Below are positions 23,484-35,561 of a stretch of 62,634 bases of DNA, piece after piece. Each line of letters begins with the position of its first letter. Position 1 is the first letter of the stretch. Source of the DNA: Folioceros fuciformis (Eukaryota); contig JBNGIO010006249.1 in the NCBI GenBank assembly GCA_049999805.1, positions 464,796 through 527,429 of the forward strand, written 5' to 3'. The notes beneath the pieces are model-generated. The model had not been told where the DNA came from and did no database searches. It saw nothing but the letters and a program-made list of their open reading frames with translations. Made by a program: the position numbers and the translations under genes.

Positions 23484-24412
23484 ATGTCGGACCTCTACAA
23501 GGTGCTCGGCATATCGCCCGACGCTTCCCAGGAAGAGATCAAGAAGGCGTTTCGGCAGCTGGCCCTCAAGTACCATCCAGACCGTCACGTTCACGACTCC
23601 CAGGCTCAGCAGGATGCTGCGGTACTGCGCTTCAAGGAGCTTGCGCAAGCATATGAGGTGCTGAGCGATGACAAGAAGAGGGCTTTGTATAACAGGGAGG
23701 CCAGAGCCAGGAGGTATGGAGCTCCTTCGCATGGAGCCGGAACTACTTCATACCGACAAGCATACGGTGGCGGCTCATACAGTACCCGGGGACCAGGCAG
23801 CAGCACCACCACTGGGGTTGGAAGTCGAAGTTTCTGGAGTCGGAGCTTCTCGCGTGCCGATCTGCTCATTCATGCTGTGATTCTAGGGTCGGTCAATGCC
23901 TTCATCTTGCTCCTGAATTAGGGTTTACTTCCCCGATAGCTTCCTACAGGCGTAATCCGATGCTGGCTGCAATAGCTGGGAGCTGTCCTTGCCGTTTTCG
24001 TTGCTGTTTGGATTGGTGACATTTTTGTGCGTGTTATCGCAGAATTGCGTACACCGGCCTGGTTATCGCTGATCCGTTTGGAGATTTTGTCTGGGGAAAG
24101 AAGAATGCTGGTGTAAGCAGTTATCCCTTCACATCCTTGTTTCTAAGTCACGTCAAATCCTGCAGATCTGGGTGCATCTTTGGTTCTGAGTTTTCTAGGA
24201 AACTCAAGCTCGGTTTTGAGGATGTGTTGCTTGTACTTGGATGCTTGCATGATTGCTGACTCTTGAAGGATGGCGTTCATTTGTAGAAAACCTTTGAAGA
24301 CACAATGGAAGCTGTGAAAAAAGCTCAGGCGCACGATGGCCCCGACAAGGAATCACAAACAACCATTATTTCCAGCACAGGAGCAGCGGGCAGTGCGTCA
24401 GACCGACAGTGA
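23484..24412 (+). CDS. Small DnaJ (J-domain) protein with C-terminal TM segment, DnaJ72-like; 3 exons
   Basis: [29 protein letters not shown]. Exons 23484-23887, 24043-24112 and 24287-24412 (..[18 protein letters not shown]). Confidence 0.88.
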
Positions 24413-25236
24413 TCCTCACACTGTGTGGAATGCTGGAATGTACGTGGTTACGTTGGATTCTGGAGAGGCAACAGTGCTGGTGAACTTCACCCGCACGCCC
24501 CTGTGGCTGTGTGGATCTGGGGAGACTGTCTTTTCTTTGAGGTTTCAATTTCTCACTTCCTTATCTCCTCCGTAAGGCGTCCGTTTCCTTGTTTGGCATT
24601 GCAGGTGGAGTTGCAATCTCTCATCCTCGTTTTGTCTTTCATCTTTCAGGTTCGGAGAGCGTCGTGGCCACAGCCAAGTATGTCGCATTCACCAACATAT
24701 TCATTCACCGAGTATTCGCAAGAACCACACCTATCTAGTCTGAAGAAGAGGAAGTGATTAAGGATTAGTTCACCTCACGCCCTTATCCGAGGGTCACACA
24801 GGAAGATCACTCTTGTTTAGGATCACAGTGTGTTCCAAGGAATTGTGGCTGGCCACAAAAGCAGGTGAAAAAGAATTCTCTCCGATCTTTCTTGGCGCCG
24901 GCGGGATATCCGTCCACACAAAACGCGCTACCCTATGTGCGGCTGCTGCAGATGTTACGAAGCATTCAATTGAGATCAATCAAGGGACATGATTTCTCAT
25001 GCATTCGTCCCGGGTTACTGAGTGTGGCATATCGGCAGTGCTGCTTGCGAGTTGTTGGGCTGCATTTGCTGCACTCCACAACATTCCAGCCGGGAGTGTT
25101 AGCATGCTGCAGTTCGATTGCTTGCTCTTGTGATTTTCATCCTTGTGCCTTGCCATGCGGCCATCTCCACCCACGTGATCATCTGCATCGTTGGCTGTTG
25201 AAGACCATCTATCTCAGGTTCCAGCTTCCTCCACCG

Positions 25237-26190
25237 ATGACTTGCCTCGAAGGCTTGCAACCAGGAGGGCTTCGCTCGCTGGTAGGCCAGGGGCTGGGAG
25301 CGAGAGTATGGAGGAGCTCGTCTCGTTGCCAGAGCAAGGTGGTATTATGCAACGTCGCATCTGAGAGCTGCGGTGAGGAGAAATCCCTTTCTCTTGGTAG
25401 GGACAGCAGCAGGCAGGAACAAGGGCCCATCACCAGGGCTTCTGCGTCAGTGAAAGTAGCACCGAACGTGGCGCCCAGCAACGGGTCTTCACTCTACGCC
25501 GGGGCTCTGGATTTCCGAGGATTGGCGGAGGGCTTGAACGGCAAGTTCCCTCCTGGAGAGAAGGAGATCGTGCTGGTGCGGCACGGCCTGAGCTCCTGGA
25601 ATGCAGAGGGCAGGATACAGGGGAGCTCGGACCAGTCTGTGCTCTCAGACATGGGGAAGGTCCAGGTGCAGAGGTGCAGAGAAGCTCTGTCCAGACTGAG
25701 CTTTGATACGTGTTTCGCGAGCCCCATTGCCCGGGCTAGGTCCAGTGCCGAGCTCATCTGGGAAGGAAGGGACAAACCCATCCAATTCCTGGACAGTCTG
25801 AGGGAAGCCAATCTGCTGTTTCTGGAAGGGATGCGGAACGTGGATGCCAGGGACCAGTACCCACAGCTTTACAGAGCCTGGAGGGAGGATCCTGCCAACT
25901 TTCACGTGGATGGAGTGTACCCTATCAGGGATTTGTGGTCGAAAGCTAGGCACACATGGGAGGAAATCCTTTCTGCTCCTGGCGAGCTTGTCGTTGTGGT
26001 CTCTCATAAATCTATACTGCGAGCTTTGCTCTGTACAGCTCTTGGCATGGGGCCCGAGAGGTTTAGGTCTATTGACATCAATAACGCTGCGGTGTCTTCT
26101 GTGATTATCAGCACCGAAGGCAACGCCATGTTGAAGAGCCTTAACATGACGGCACATTTGCATGCTGATGGAGTGTACTATCGGAAGTGA
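25237..26190 (+). CDS. Histidine phosphatase / phosphoglycerate-mutase-like protein (CA1P-phosphatase-related), probably plastid, intronless
   Basis: LVRHGLSSWNAEGRIQGSSD, FASPIARA, LREANL, VVSHKSILRAL. Ser/Arg-rich N-terminus; ATG 25237 is the chosen start. Confidence 0.85.
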   Translation: MTCLEGLQPGGLRSLVGQGLGARVWRSSSRCQSKVVLCNVASESCGEEKSLSLGRDSSRQEQGPITRASASVKVAPNVAPSNGSSLYAGALDFRGLAEGLNGKFPPGEKEIVLVRHGLSSWNAEGRIQGSSDQSVLSDMGKVQVQRCREALSRLSFDTCFASPIARARSSAELIWEGRDKPIQFLDSLREANLLFLEGMRNVDARDQYPQLYRAWREDPANFHVDGVYPIRDLWSKARHTWEEILSAPGELVVVVSHKSILRALLCTALGMGPERFRSIDINNAAVSSVIISTEGNAMLKSLNMTAHLHADGVYYRK

Positions 26191-27111
26191 CTCTCTCTGC
26201 CTTCGTGTAATCTACGTAGTGTTATAATTGTACTATTGCGTCCTCCAGTTTTTTCTCCCCATCCTGGTGAGACTATGAGTTATGATAAAACTGCCAGCAA
26301 GAACGCTTCGCAGTTCGAGCATTGAGACTGTTTTTCCATAACATTTTGAACACGATGTCGAATTCTTGTGATTTGAGTGTCTTGTTTGTAGTGACGGTGG
26401 GAGTGTAACAAACAAGCGGAAGAGTTGTCAGCTGTTACCTTGTTATGATGCCCCGTTGTGTTCGCAGAGAGTTTGTACACACGTTAGGTGTGACATCAGA
26501 ATCATGTGACAAGGCCGATTGCACCAGGGCACGTCAGAAGTCTGGTGCAATGTGTAAGAGTCTTTGGATGAGGACTTTCTATTTCTTTCCAAGGACGGGT
26601 CCAGGTTCAGGAAACCTACCTTTTGTCGTTGGTGCTCTGGTGATTGCAGGAAAGGAAGCAATCACGGGTGCTGCAGCCATCAAAAGAAGCGTCAAAGGAA
26701 CCCGTGAAGATGTCTAGACTTCGCACAAACATGATCTGACGGAGTGGGTAGATGCAAACCATGGGATTGGAACTTCAGAGGAAGTGTTTTAAGGCAATTG
26801 TGAGAAAAGAGGAAGAAAGCCGAGAAGTACCCAGCCAATTCTCGGCCTCAGCGAGCATGTGATGCTCACAAACAGACAAGCTGCCAGCAGGCACATGCAA
26901 GCATGAAAATGGTATAAATGCTAGTGCACCATTTGCTGTCTTCCAGCTCGTTCTTTCTGCTTGCAGACATAAACAGCGTGTTCATTTCCATAGGGGAGAG
27001 AATGAGAGGAGATCGAGTGTGGGTAGCTTCCACAATGTGATCGGTGTCTTGCTGCTGTGAAGCTCAGGAAGTTTTGAAGGCCGACCTTGTATCGTCTCTG
27101 CACTTAAGACC

Positions 27112-28566
27112 ATGGGGCGGGGAAACGCTGCCATTGTTGCATTGCTCGTCCTGCTCCAGATACATGGAGCTGTACCAGCCCGGGTTCTTCACAAGGAGCA
27201 GCTTCATCACAAGGGTTCGCTGACTGTGGATGGAAATCCGAGAGTGAAAGTGGACCGGGAGCGGACAGTACATGGCTCAGGTGAGGAAATCCTGCGCCTA
27301 CAAATGCTTCAGGACTGCTATGTTGCAATTCCATCAGTCTAATCAGACTTCGTAGTCTCCAAATCAGGAGGTTCCACTCATGAAACTCACCATGCAGATG
27401 TATCAGCTGTCAACAGCCACACCCGTCCACGTGCTGCGCCTGGAGCTGGGAAGGTGGCAGTCATTCCGGAAAAATCCTTTCATTCGCCAATTTCTAGAGG
27501 GAAGAGGAGTCAGCTCAAGGAGATCGTGAAGAAGAGGAGAATGCACAAGAAACACAAGCGCACATCGAGGAAGCGGAGACCAAGAAAGGATTACACGCAA
27601 GGTTCTGAACTATTTCCAGGCTTCACCCTGCCACCCGATCCCTTCATCCCTTCATCTCCTGCAGTGATAAACTTGCCCCCTTTTCCATTTCTTACTTTGC
27701 CACCACTTCCATTCACACGAGGGCCTCTACCCTTTCAGCCACCTCCCATTTCGTTGGACCCACACACAGTACCTTCTGGACTGCCTTCAAATGTCCCACC
27801 CTTGCCATTTGTCAATCCGCCTCCAGTGTCTCTCCACCTGCCACCTCTACAATTCCTCAACCCTCCTCCCCGCACTCTGCAAGTGCCTCCTTTGCCCTTC
27901 GTTTTGCCTCCTCCCCTGCCTGTGAATGCTCCAGCATTTCCTTTTGTGAAGCCTCCTCCACTGAATGGAGATGATCCATCTTTCCCATTCATCAATCCTC
28001 CTCCATATTCCGCAAACTTTCCTCCAATCACTCGTGGGGGTGCACCTCCTTTGCTTCCAGTGATACCTTCCACACCACAGGCCCACATGCCCAAGCCTCC
28101 ACCTCTGCCCGTCGTCAAGCGCCCTCCCTTGCCCTGGGGGCAAGCCTCTCCACCACCTGGCCTGAAGCTGCCTCCATTCAAGCCCCCTCCTCTACATCTA
28201 CCTGTACTGGAGCCGCCTCCATCACCTGCAGCCAAGCTCCCTCCCTTACCAGTGATTCCACATCCTCGTCCACCCCATCTGAAGCCTCTACCACTCCCGG
28301 GAGGACATCCCAAGCCAGTAAATCCCAAGCCAGTAAATCCCAAGCCAGTAAATCCCAAGCCAGTAAATCCCAAGCCAGTAAAGCCCAAGCCAGTAAGACC
28401 CAAGCCAGTTCCTCGAAAACCCAACCCTCCAAAGCCAGGAGTGAAGCCATCCAAACCACCAAAGTCAGGAGCTAAGCAGCCCAAGCCAGGAGGTAAGTAC
28501 CATCATCCAGGAGTGAAGCACCACAAGAGAGGGAAGGGTCGCGGATATCCTGTGCCTGGTCCATGA
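27112..28566 (+). CDS. Secreted proline-rich cell-wall protein (PRP/extensin-like), 2 exons
   Basis: Signal-peptide exon 27112-27280 (MGRGNAAIVALLVLLQIHGA), GT-AG intron to 27397, then an in-frame exon with PPLPF repeats, (PKPVN)n and a Lys/His-rich tail. Confidence 0.8.
28309..28410 (+). repeat. 15-bp coding tandem repeat (cccaagccagtaaat), ~7 copies, encoding PKPV(N/K/R)
   Basis: Four perfect copies plus three variants are directly visible. Confidence 0.95.
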
Positions 28567-29245
28567 CATGAACGCTCCCGCCGTAATGCACCTCATTTCT
28601 CTAGAACCCAAAAAGGTTCAAGTTGAGAACCTTTTGTGGTCCAGATAGTACTCTTGTGGCCCCACCGTGTGGACAGGTCCGGCTCACCACGCCAGAGTTT
28701 TGATTACTCTAAAATAGACAAAAAATAATGATCCCATACAAGGAGGACCGTACTGCAAGGGGTTGATCAATATGAATTGGATAAAGTCATAAAGATATGT
28801 ATCATATTTCAGGGTTGAATATCTTGGAAAAGCTATGCGGCGAGGATGCCAAACACTCGGGACAAAGAAGATGGAGCCGGCCGGTTTGGAATCCCAGGGC
28901 TTGACAATAATATAAAGATAATTTAGATCATGCTAATTTTTAATGCGTTTAATCTATTGGGTATTTAATTATATAAATATAAGATTTCTATTAGCTTGAA
29001 TAAAGAGTACTTAGCTTACTCCTCCATCCACTATGATACTAGAGTAATCCTAATTTAGTCGGGATCATTTGCACGATGCATAAGGACGTTTCTATTCAAA
29101 GTATGTATTCAGTTTTAGAAAAACAAGATAAAAAACCCTCTCCTTCGTTCCTCCTGCCTCCCATCTCCAACCCTAAACTCCCCTCTCACCCTATTCCCTA
29201 CCCTAATCCTATAAATCCCCCTCTCCCGCTTCCTGTCACTAACCC

Positions 29246-29345
29246 NNNNNNNNNNNNNNNNNNNNNNNNNNNNNNNNNNNNNNNNNNNNNNNNNNNNNNN
29301 NNNNNNNNNNNNNNNNNNNNNNNNNNNNNNNNNNNNNNNNNNNNN
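29246..29345. other. Assembly gap (100 N)
   Basis: Run of exactly 100 N flanked by C/T-rich low-complexity sequence. Confidence 1.
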
Positions 29346-29660
29346 CCTCTCCCCCCTTCTCGCACAGGGACAAAGTCCCATGGGCCGTGACCCCTTCTTC
29401 CAGTGAGACAAATTCCCAGTGTCTCCGCTTGCAAGTGAAGTAGTGTTTACATTGTGGTGGTGGCATGCTCCGTACGTCCCCCATAGACCAGATTACCCTG
29501 TTTTTGGGGTGGTCCGCCGACAATAGCCGTAGACAAAAACTTCTGTCTGCAGCTATTGTCCACGAACCGTTTACTGTTTTAGTAAGTTTTAATATTATGA
29601 CCATTTTACATACTGAGTCGGTATTCCCTTCATGGGAACACCGACCCAGCCTATTTTGCA

Positions 29661-29950
29661 GCGTGCCTTCCTTGTAGCCGCCTTCATCGCGGTTTTGCAG
29701 CCTGCCTCCCTTGTAGCTCATCTTCATCGCGGTTTTGCAGCCCGCCTCCCTCGTAGCCCGTCTTTATCGCGGTTTTGCAGCATGCCTTCATCGCAGTTTT
29801 TCAGCTCGCCTCCCTTATAGCTCACCTTCAACGCGGTTTTGTAGCCTGCCTCCCTTGTAGCTCGCCTTCATAGCAGTTTTGTAGCCTGCCTCCCTTGTAG
29901 CTCACCTTCATAGTAGTTTTCCAGTCTGCCTTTTTTGCAGCCTGCCTCCA
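29661..29950. repeat. ~40-bp minisatellite, ~7 copies
   Basis: Unit cctgcctcccttgtagctcaccttcatcgcggttttgcag with variants at 29661, 29701, 29741, 29805, 29845 and 29885, plus a short unit at 29781. Confidence 0.92.
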
Positions 29951-30255
29951 TTGTCGCCCTGCGAGATATATTTTGCTCACACAGTTGTTCGCAGGCCGTC
30001 CTTGCTCGCAAGTTGTCCTTTCCGTAGGCCGATTGCCTCGCTTGCAGCTTGGACAATTCTCAATTACAAGTTAGACAGCTCTCATTTGCAACTTGGGCTT
30101 GGACCTATTGCCATTCCTCCTTGTTTAGGTTCAATTTGTTTCATTGAAGAACAATAGACCTCCCGAACTTGTTGGACTCTTCTATTTCCTCTTCTCAATA
30201 TACTGCATTGTCTTCTCAACCCCCTCTCCTACTCGCAGCATGAGCTTCAGCACCT

Positions 30256-31062
30256 ATGGTTATCACCAAGCCAAAGGTCAACCTTGTAGCATGGACAGTC
30301 GACAACACTTTTGCCTTGATTGCAGCTTTTGAAGACATCTACATGGAGCACCTTCGGCAGAGGAATTTGGTAGCCCACCACCACTATGACGACATTGCCG
30401 TGCTAATTTATCCTCTTTGTGAAGGTTTTTAGCCTACTATAATTCAATGTAGGAACAAGATGGACAGTTTGAAGCGGCAATATAAAGTAGAGGCAAAGAA
30501 GCTCACAACCAAGGTCTATGCCTCGGAGTGGGTGTTTTGGGAGGCCATGGATGCATTCATGAATGATAATCCTAAGGGAGTTAGAATTTCAAACTCTCCT
30601 AACCCTGGGCTTGTTGATATGAAAACTTCAAATTGCTGCTTCAAGCAAGTTGCTGTTTTTCTCAGCACTGCGAAAGACCCTTTTGTTTCTACGGTGGACT
30701 CTCCACTTGTGGCTATTGTTTCACCAAGCTTGCTAGCCGCTTCACCACTAGAAGAAGAATGTGGTGAATCTCCTACAATAAAGGTAAATAAGTTGAAGAG
30801 TATAACAACTAAGAAAGCCAAGACTAGAAAGCATAGGTTTGATGAATATGGGCCTGATAGAATAGCTTATAGTATTTCTAGGTTTGCTGAGGTCTTTGCG
30901 AAGATTGAGACAGCAAAGTTAGAGAGTATGCAAGCTGCGGAGAAGAGTAGACTAGAACAAAGCTTAAAAATCTCGAAGCTATAACAATACATGCAACTAG
31001 AGGTTGTAAAGCTGTTGGTACAGTCTTCTAAAAGAGCAAAGAGCAGCTCCCCTTCAAACTAG
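30256..31062 (+). pseudogene. Harbinger-associated Myb/SANT-like (trihelix) DNA-binding protein, interrupted by stops
   Basis: WTVDNTFALIAAF..QCRNKMDSLKRQYK..SEWVFWEAMD and a C-terminal coiled coil. Single frame with premature stops at ~30430 and 30982. Confidence 0.8.
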
Positions 31063-31143
31063 CTGCAAGTGTTGTTTGTGTTACAAGAAATGCTCAGAAA
31101 CTGTGCATATCAAATTCTGACTCTAGTCTTCATAAAAAATTAC

Positions 31144-31430
31144 AAGTAAGCACTTCAGAGAAATTTCTGTTTCAAAAGCTTCAGAATGATGCATAGCACA
31201 TTTCATTTGGGCAAGTGTGCTGTTCGAAACAAAGCCCGAAAGTAACGGGATTGTTGTTTGTATTGTGTGAAAGCATAAAAACTAGACACCACCATATCTC
31301 ACTCCTGTCGTATTGAAAAAATGCAAGTAAGCACTTCAAAGAAAGCTGGTTTCAAGAGCTTCACAATGATGCATAGCACATTTCATGTAGACAAGTGCGC
31401 TATTCAAAACGAAACCTGAAAGCAATGGGA
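31144..31430. repeat. ~105-bp direct repeat, 2 copies ~181 bp apart
   Basis: caagtaagcacttca..gcttca.aatgatgcatagcacatttcat..caagtg.gct.ttc.aaac at 31144 and 31325. Confidence 0.85.
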
Positions 31431-31492
31431 AATAATCTTGAAAGTAACAAAGCTAAACAACATGCACATTACATTTGTATGCTACAAAGGAC

Positions 31493-32892
31493 TTATGCAC
31501 GCCCGTTCGACCGAGCATTTCTCCAATGATTGACTAAGGTAGCATGTTGTACTTCTGCTTGACTCTTCAAAGCCTCTTCTTGAGCATTTGTTAGTGAGAT
31601 GTTCATTGGATGTGGGAGTTTATGCTCATCCACATATCGACTATTAAAATCCATTTCCCAAACAATTATGCAAAAGTTATGAAGCACAAAACATGCTATT
31701 ACTATACTCGCAGCATATTCAATATGGATATTGAGGTTTTTCAAAATTCTCCACCGGCCCTTCAATGTTGAGAATGCATGTTCTATGACTACACGACCAA
31801 ATGAAAACCAAGAGTTGAAGGACCGCTGCTCCTCATTTGCTGGATTTTTAAATCCTTTCATGAGAAAGGGCCGTAACGGAGATGCTGCGTCTCTAATAAT
31901 GTATGGAGGTATTGGAACACCTTCTACCATGACAATGGGCTCTTTAAATATGCTATTCTCGATAAGGCGTTGCCTTATGAATATGCTGCGAGTATAGTAA
32001 TAGCCTGTTTTGTGCTTCATAACTTTTGCATTAATAATTCATACCTAATGCGATAAACTACTATTCCGCAAAATTCCAGCATCATTAGATCCTCCGAGAC
32101 TATTGACATATATATCTAAAAATAAACGTTGATGGTCACATATAGCCTGTAGAACGATACAGTGCATGTTGTAACATTTGCAATGATATGCTGTTGGCAT
32201 GTACCTTGGTGGCGGCATAGCAGTGAACTTGATCAAAGAGCCATCCATAGCACCTACAATGTCAAGTAGTAGAGTCCACTCCTCAAACTTAGCAGAAATG
32301 GCTTGCTGACGTTGTCTTGATGGAATGCTGATGAAAGACGAATATAATTTTTTGGGATCACTTAAGATGGCCACCATAGCCTTAGTGTATTGCACCATTG
32401 TTGCCACACCTACACCGTATTTCACGGCAACTTCATACGGGGGCAATCCTCTTCCAAGCTGACACAATACCATTGCAACAGCTTTCTCAAGTTTAATTGC
32501 TGCTCTCGGAGAACTACGAACAAGAAAGAGGCAAAGTTCCTCAACCAAAACCATGAAAGTTGTATAAGTCACACGATATTGCCGACTTCACTTCTCATCC
32601 CGCATTGAAGGTGAAAGCATTTGCCATGCTTCCATGTACTACCTCTCCCAAAGACCTTGCCGACTTGGAGCTTTCCACCAAACCCTCGAAACATTGGGTC
32701 ATTAGGTCTTGTAGATCTTGTAGCCTCAATCGTCAAACTACCTGTTGCAGCCATGACCAACAATATGAAAGAACTCATTACATTACTCGATAAAATATCA
32801 TCACTATACATGCTAGGACATTGTCTTAGAAAATTATCTTGAGAATATATCAAAAGAAAGGCTAAGAACAAAAAAACCCTAGTTTCATCCAT
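31493..32892 (-). pseudogene. Harbinger/HARBI1-like DDE transposase, disrupted
   Basis: GAMDGSLI, LQAICDH, GGSNDAGI, RVVIEHAFSTLKGRWRIL and IACFVLHNFC across three broken ORFs. Confidence 0.9.
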
Positions 32893-33179
32893 AGCCAAAA
32901 ACTCAAGAAACCAAGGAGCGACAACTCGAGAGAGAGGAGCATATAAGAATGCCAACATTTGTGAACCAAAGTTCTAGTAGCCCAAAATGTCAGGCAGCTC
33001 GGCATGATCTAGGCTTGACCCTACATATGGATTCACCTTTTGGTGGGTCCAATAGCACCGAGTTAAAATCGCCGATACGGTCCGTCCGTCGCCCGCTATA
33101 CACGGGCTTGTGAGTGGACCGAAGTGCTTTTCAATGTAAATAGTACTTGAGACATATTCCCGTGTCCCTGTCTCACAAT

Positions 33180-33275
33180 GGGACAGATGCAACCCCACCT
33201 TTCGCACCTCAATGTGGGCAGGTGTGGGACAGATTCAACCCCACCTTTTCGCACTTCAATGTGGGCAGGTGTGGG
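33180..33275. repeat. ~47-bp tandem duplication with internal dyad (cccacct...aggtgtggg)
   Basis: gggacagat.caaccccacctttcgcac.tcaatgtgggcaggtgtggg, 2 copies. Confidence 0.85.
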
Positions 33276-34879
33276 TGTCACCGACTCCTACTTAACTCCA
33301 GGGAGCATGAGAGAGGGCGAAGAGATGAGGACTACATTGGGATGGGCTCTTCTAAGTTGATTTTGGGGGTTAAGACAAAGAAGCTCTCTCCATCCTTGTA
33401 ATGTGTTTCATGAGTGTTGAATCCCGGAATCCATATAAGATTCTAGAAGAAGACAAAATCCATAGGAAGAAATTCATAGAAAATAAAATCCCTAAAGTGT
33501 TGGGAAAGCAAGGCTAGAGAGCTTTCTCTTTGAATATATTATTTTTTATTATTAAGAAATAAAATGAAAGTCTCATCTTCTTCAAAGATGCAAGGGACAA
33601 CTTCATCAAATGATCAAGGCCAAAAGGTACTAGCCCCTTATAACATCATTCTCAAAAACTATATACTGCTCCTAAAATATCAAAAGTGTGGAATACCAAA
33701 GTCTTCAAAAAATAAAGTTGCAACTTTTCTCCCAATAATGATCCCAAACAGTTAGAATACCAAAAGTCTTTTAAGAGATAAAGTTGCATTAAAATTATCC
33801 TTATATGGAACCACAAAAGCCTATTATTGAAAAAGAGATACAAAGTTTCATTACTCTAATGATTGAAGTTAAGAAAAAAAAATGGAAAAGATCATCTACT
33901 CCAGAATCTTGGGAGCTCGAAGTAAAGTTGTGAGAGAGAGTAAAGTTGTGGGAGAGAGGAGGCCTTGTCGTGAAGAAACGTATCAGGTGCTTATTGGGGT
34001 GGCACAAAGCTAGTGGAAAAGGGGCATGAGACATAGCACCCAATGCCTTATAAGACAACCTCTTGATGCAAGAGAGAGATGGACCAAGCCGGGACAATCT
34101 CGTCGCGGCATTTGTACCGTGATAGTGGCATCCATGGATTGGCTATGGAAGAATCTTGCTTGGTTGTTCCATCCTGGTACATACACATACTAAAGCGAGT
34201 GGCTGCAACTGGCAGCCTTCCTTTTCTGTGGATCAGGGTTTAGGGTTTGGATGCAGTCCAAGTGGCAACCTGAGATGCAGATTCTGGAGTGTCCTGGACC
34301 TGGACACTGATGAGGCCAGAGATGGTGCTCAGGGACTACAGTTCCAGCTGGTCGGCGGCTGGAAGGGTTTCGTAGGAAAGATGTAGGTCGGGCTTGAGGT
34401 TCAGCAGAATTCACCTGAGGCCCTCCCGGCAACGCAAGGGCCGGCGGGGTGGCACCCGCGACTGTGACTGCTTGTGGGGGCTCTGCAGCCAGGCTAGGGG
34501 GTGCAGCGGCGCATGACAGTAGCTGCGTGTTGACGGATTAAGCATTCCCACCACAAGCCGCTCGGATTTGGTAAGCAGTCCTCCGTGAAAGGTGAGGCGG
34601 CCTCGACTGCTGAGTGGATGTCGGAAGGGCAGCTGAGTAGCCGTAGAAGGGGCGCGGGACCCGCCGATCTCACATGTTCAGGAAGCGCAGATCCCGTGAG
34701 CGAAAGCCACACCGTCCGTGTGGTGGCACCTGTTGCCACGAGTCTGACCACTGTTGCGCGAGGAAGGTCTGCGCAGCAAAACAAGAGGGCACCCCCGCCT
34801 CCACGGAAACCCGGAGATCGATCCTATTCAGAACGCGAGGAATCGCAACGTTAATGGCAAGGAAAACGCAATCAAGACA

Positions 34880-35155
34880 CTGGTCAGAGGGATGTGGAGC
34901 GCCGCAGCTGGAGATGGCGCTCGGCTGGAGAAGGCTCGCAAGTTGCCTATCTGGGGACAGGGGACGTGCTAGTCACCAGCACCAGCAGTCTGGGAGACGT
35001 GAACAACATGCCGCGCGTGGGAGTGTCACAGGCTGTGGTCGTGGTTACGACGTTATCCCTATTCTCTTAACACCAACTGAGATGCAGGCAGGCTATGGAG
35101 AGAATGTGACTCCCAAGCAGATGCGTGACCAGCATGGCTCGGTACCTGAGGTTTT
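34880..35155 (+). pseudogene. Decayed 5' fragment of the adjacent methionyl-tRNA synthetase gene
   Basis: Collinear nucleotide matches to 36430-36720: aagttgcctat, acgtgctagtcaccagc, acgtgaacaa.., tcgtggttac, aggctatggag, tgactcccaag. Contains indels. Confidence 0.85.
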
Positions 35156-35540
35156 GATTCTTGTTTTATAATTGTGGAACGTCACCTCTCCGTGACATCA
35201 ATCTTGCCGCCTTCAGAACGCAAGCTCTCTTGGTTGCAGATGATTCTCGTATCACCATCTTGTTCACAAGATATATCATTTATTAACATCACGCATATGA
35301 TTCGAATACTTTGATACGTCTCTCGAATGCAGTGCAAACCTCGGGTTACGGGAGCAAGGTAATGGTTCCTTTTGTCTGACAATCAACGGTAACCTCCGCG
35401 GCAAGCAATCCTGGAGAACCCTGTGTCGCCTCGCAACGGTAAGAAACAAAGACATGCCCAGGGTTGCCGTTGCTCGGATGGCCAGGCTATGGAACAGATT
35501 GCTAGGGCGTGGACGGCCCGTACCCCCCACCCCCAGGAGG

Positions 35541-35561
35541 CCCTAAGCCCTAAGCCCTAAA
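35541..35561 (+). promoter_or_regulatory. Telo-box-like (ccctaag)x3 element upstream of MetRS
   Basis: ccctaagccctaagccctaaa resembles AAACCCTA telo-boxes, which are common in promoters of plant translation genes. A TAGGGTTT also occurs at 34241. Confidence 0.3.

Larger units (their letters stand above)
29360..33280. mobile_element. Decayed PIF/Harbinger DNA transposon (Myb/trihelix ORF plus DDE transposase, convergent)
   Basis: Two-gene architecture typical of Harbinger. GGGACA/GAGACA motifs cluster at both ends. Imperfect inverted match between 29438-29454 and 33132-33148 (15/17). Exact termini and TSD not resolved. Confidence 0.8.

Noticed and set aside
24865-25236. Long N-terminal extension of the PGM-like ORF (similar cases at MetRS 36313 and tatC 58158)
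   Set aside because: Artefact of GTG/TTG starts in the ORF track; ATG starts downstream fit the family N-termini
27735-28484. Gly-rich 249-aa ORF on the minus strand
   Set aside because: Antisense shadow of the Pro-rich CDS
29661-29950. Possible CRISPR-like array
   Set aside because: Units are contiguous with no unique spacers, there are no cas genes, and the context is a eukaryotic TE; it is a minisatellite
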